Source: Okeania sp. (GTDB lineage Bacteria; Cyanobacteriota; Cyanobacteriia; Cyanobacteriales; Microcoleaceae). Taken from it: 7,806 nucleotides of DNA. The translations under genes were made by a program, and so were the position numbers. The stretch spans positions 1 through 7,806 of the forward strand of contig NZ_JAYKGW010000049.1 in assembly GCF_035285525.1 (NCBI RefSeq), in the 5' to 3' direction. Below the pieces are notes generated by a model. The model was not told the DNA's origin, did not search any database, and saw only the letters and a list, made by a program, of their open reading frames with translations. Positions within the stretch are counted from its first letter, which is position 1. Every line of letters starts with the position of its first letter. Shown here in pieces: positions 5,999 through 7,806 of this stretch.

Positions 5999-6149
5999 CG
6001 ACTCCTGTCTCCTGACTCCTACCCCCACCCATAAGACTTATTCAGCAAGTCTTAATTATAAAGCTTTGTAGTGCGGGTCGGAAAGCCTGCGACTGGTGTA
6101 CCTCATAAAAATGGAAAGTGCTGTAAATAAAAAATTTAAACTAATTATT

Positions 6150-6470
6150 ATGAAGCAAATCGTAGAATTTCCTCTAGAAGATGGTGACTTTATTCTCATA
6201 GAAGTAGATGCACCTCCTCAACCAGTTGATGACCGTATTGGCGTAACAGACGATGTGATTCGGAAGGCTAATAAAAGCTTTGATTCGGCGATGGAAAAAA
6301 TTAAACCTGTGGCTAATACTATTATTGAAAAAGTCAGAAGTATGAATCAACCTGCTGACGAAATAGAAGTAAAATTTGGAATTAAATTAAGTGCTGAAAT
6401 GGGAGCAGTTATTGCTTCTGGAGAAGCAGAAGTTAATTATGAAATCACTCTAAAATGGCATCATAAATAA
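6150..6470 (+). CDS. Small Trypco2-like (trypsin-co-occurring domain 2 / CU044_2847-family-like) protein of unknown function
   Basis: The ORF-track frame opens at GTG 6096, with in-frame ATGs at 6111 and 6150. From 6150 the product begins MKQIVEFPLEDGDFILIEVD and ends EIEVKFGIKLSAEMGAVIASGEAEVNYEITLKW. This matches the pattern I recall for this family: an N-terminal v-F-l-dgg-v-vEv and a C-terminal evefgvkl-ae-GavIa...l-W. There is no TM segment and no signal peptide. Its stop overlaps the ATG of the next gene (TAATG). Confidence 0.8.
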   Translation: MKQIVEFPLEDGDFILIEVDAPPQPVDDRIGVTDDVIRKANKSFDSAMEKIKPVANTIIEKVRSMNQPADEIEVKFGIKLSAEMGAVIASGEAEVNYEITLKWHHK

Positions 6471-7806
6471 TGAGTAAAATGTTTAAATTTGACCGCTCTA
6501 TTGTCAGAATTTATTCTCGGTTAAACCAAGTCAAAGGAGCCGGTTTTTTAGTATCTGAAAATCAAGTTTTGACTGCCGCCCATGTGGTATCTTTGGCATT
6601 AAACGTCAATAGTAATACTTTGGAAATACCAACCACAGAAGTTAAGTTAGATTTTCCCCAAGTTGCACCAGGGAAATTTATGACTGCTAAAGTAATTTTT
6701 TGGTTGCCTGTTAATCCAGATAAAGCTTTAGAAGATATTGCTGTTTTGGAATTAACGACTATTCCTGATAATATTTCCCCAGTCCGGTTGATGACTTCTG
6801 AGGAATACTGGGGGCATAATATTCGTGCTTTTGGGTTTATCAGGGGTAAGGAATATGGTGTGTGGGCTAATGGGGTTTTACGGGATAGTAATGCTAAAGG
6901 TTGGGTACAACTAGAAGATACTGACCACAGTGGTTATGTTTTGGAGGAAGGTTTTAGTGGTACTCCTGTTTGGGATGAATTTTTAGAGGGTGTGGTGGGA
7001 ATGGCTGTTGCTGCCGAAAAACAACGACTGGATGCTAGGGTAGCGTTTATTATTCCGACTAATTTATTGATGGCAGCATGGCCTCAGTTACAGGAGCGGT
7101 TAATTGCTAGTTGTCCCTATAAGGGTTTGTTTGCTTTCCAGGAGGGTGATGCTGCATACTTTTTTGGGCGGGAGGTGTTCACTGAGCAGCTTGTGGCGGC
7201 AGTGGCACAACAACAATTTGTGGCGGTCATTGGGCCTTCTGGTAGTGGTAAGTCTTCGGTGGTATTTGCGGGGTTGGTTTCTCGGTTGCGTTCTCAAGGG
7301 AATTGGCAAATTGAAAAGTTTCGCCCGAAAGCTTATCCTTTTGATGAGTTAGCCCGTGCTTTGATTCGTTTGAAACAACCGGAAAAGGAGGAAACTGGAC
7401 AAGATATTGATGCTTTGCAACTTTCTAGCATTTTGGAATCAAAGGAGTCAACCCTATCAACTTGGTTATCGTCTATTTTAGAGAAACACCGAGGTAGTCG
7501 TTTGTTGTTGGTGATAGACCAATTTGAAGAAATTTATACTCTTTGTTCTGAGCAGGAAAAGTGTCTATTGTTTTTGGAAAGGTTGTTTAATGCAGTGGTT
7601 AATATTCCGGACTTGAGTTTGGTTATTACTCTGCGGGCTGATTTTTTGGAGTATGCTTTGTCTGACCGTTTGTTGGCGGATGCTTTGCAGGGTCTCTCCC
7701 CCAGCCCCCCTTTGAAAGGTTGGGAGAATATCTCCCCCAGCCCCCCTTTGAAAGGTTGGGAGAATATCTCCCCCAGCCCCCCTTTGAAAGGTTGGGAGAA
7801 TATCTC
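6470..7806 (+). CDS. Trypsin-like serine protease fused to a STAND-type P-loop NTPase (partial; continues beyond the right edge)
   Basis: I translated this by hand from ATG 6470 (alternative ATG 6479). It is open for 445 codons to the window end, with no stop. The protease triad motifs are LTAAHV (His codon 6581-6583), DIAVLEL (Asp 6734-6736) and GFSGTPV (Ser 6956-6958). The NTPase motifs are the lead-in PYKGLFAFQEGDAAYFFGRE, Walker A GPSGSGKSS (7232-7258), Walker B LLLVIDQFEE (7502-7531) and ITLRADF. It is missing from the ORF track only because it is open-ended. Confidence 0.9.
   Translation, partial: MSKMFKFDRSIVRIYSRLNQVKGAGFLVSENQVLTAAHVVSLALNVNSNTLEIPTTEVKLDFPQVAPGKFMTAKVIFWLPVNPDKALEDIAVLELTTIPDNISPVRLMTSEEYWGHNIRAFGFIRGKEYGVWANGVLRDSNAKGWVQLEDTDHSGYVLEEGFSGTPVWDEFLEGVVGMAVAAEKQRLDARVAFIIPTNLLMAAWPQLQERLIASCPYKGLFAFQEGDAAYFFGREVFTEQLVAAVAQQQFVAVIGPSGSGKSSVVFAGLVSRLRSQGNWQIEKFRPKAYPFDELARALIRLKQPEKEETGQDIDALQLSSILESKESTLSTWLSSILEKHRGSRLLLVIDQFEEIYTLCSEQEKCLLFLERLFNAVVNIPDLSLVITLRADFLEYALSDRLLADALQGLSPSPPLKGWENISPSPPLKGWENISPSPPLKGWENI
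7695..7806 (+). repeat. Perfect 36-bp tandem repeat (at least 3.1 copies, runs off the window), in frame inside the NTPase ORF
   Basis: The unit is TCTCCCCCAGCCCCCCTTTGAAAGGTTGGGAGAATA, at 7695-7730, 7731-7766 and 7767-7802, followed by TCTC. All copies are identical. The unit is 12 codons (ISPSPPLKGWEN) and is itself an imperfect palindrome (TCTCCC...GGGAGA, CCTTT-G-AAAGG). Confidence 0.95.

Larger units (their letters stand above)
5732..6051. mobile_element. MITE-like non-autonomous element (about 320 bp) with long terminal inverted repeats and a candidate 8-bp target-site duplication
   Basis: The left end is GGCCTGCTGAAAAAGTCTTTTGGTTAAGGTAGGGAGTAGGGAG. The reverse complement of the right end is GACTTGCTGAATAAGTCTTATGGGTGGGGGTAGGAGTCAGGAG. 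By hand count, 20 of the first 25 and 31 of the first 43 positions are identical without gaps. TTAATTAT flanks the element directly on both sides (5724-5731 and 6052-6059). There is no ORF inside. Confidence 0.6.

Noticed and set aside
5737-6046. Retron-like or other structured ncRNA gene suggested by the long inverted repeats upstream of the NTPase module
   Set aside because: No reverse transcriptase or other RNA-dependent partner is encoded nearby. The terminal inverted repeats plus flanking 8-bp duplication are better explained by a MITE.
6041-6062. Possible sigma70-type promoter (TTCAGC ... TATAAA) for the Trypco2-like gene at the MITE right end
   Set aside because: The spacing between the candidate -35 (6041-6046) and -10 (6057-6062) hexamers is only about 10 nt, far from the roughly 17 nt optimum. 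I cannot support a promoter call from sequence alone.
7100-7352. ORFs 7100..7309 (-) and 7104..7352 (+, other frame)
   Set aside because: They lie inside the long open protease-NTPase frame (codon starts in the 6470 phase), which carries the Walker A motif exactly here. The alternative frames give Arg/Leu-rich nonsense.
7695-7806. 36-bp repeat array considered as a CRISPR array
   Set aside because: The units are directly adjacent with no spacers, lie inside an open reading frame in phase, and no cas genes are present. It is a tandem minisatellite or palindromic-element array, not a CRISPR.

Overview
AT-rich cyanobacterial DNA, probably from a filamentous Nostocales-type genome. Support for this: three HIP1 octamers GCGATCGC (1487-1494, 2778-2785, 5241-5248), heptamer-type short tandem repeats and GC-rich hairpin repeats. 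Contents from left to right. (1) The first 14 codons of an IS5-family transposase on the minus strand at the left edge. (2) About 900 bp of repeat-laden non-coding DNA. (3) An ordinary three-gene proton-translocating NAD(P) transhydrogenase operon, pntAA-pntAB-pntB (944-3962, +). It has an unusually long structured spacer between the first two genes and a TAATG stop/start overlap between the last two. (4) A monocistronic RRM-type, glycine-rich RNA-binding protein gene (4491-4790, +) with a long leader and a nested hairpin downstream. (5) A stretch of mobile-DNA debris (about 4930-6060). It holds a 5'-truncated, frameshifted IS5/IS1182-like transposase pseudogene and a roughly 320-bp MITE-like element with long terminal inverted repeats, a candidate 8-bp target duplication and three internal repeats. 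(6) The most interesting part is a translationally coupled two-gene module (6096/6150-7806+). A small Trypco2/CU044_2847-like protein is followed by a large ORF that is absent from the ORF track because it runs off the window. That ORF fuses a trypsin-like serine protease with an intact H/D/S triad to a STAND-type P-loop NTPase. This is the architecture of NLR/Avs-like prokaryotic conflict systems. The NTPase ORF is invaded at 7695 by a perfect, in-frame 36-bp palindromic tandem repeat (at least 3.1 copies) that continues beyond the window. All other ORFs in the track are antisense or shadow ORFs.
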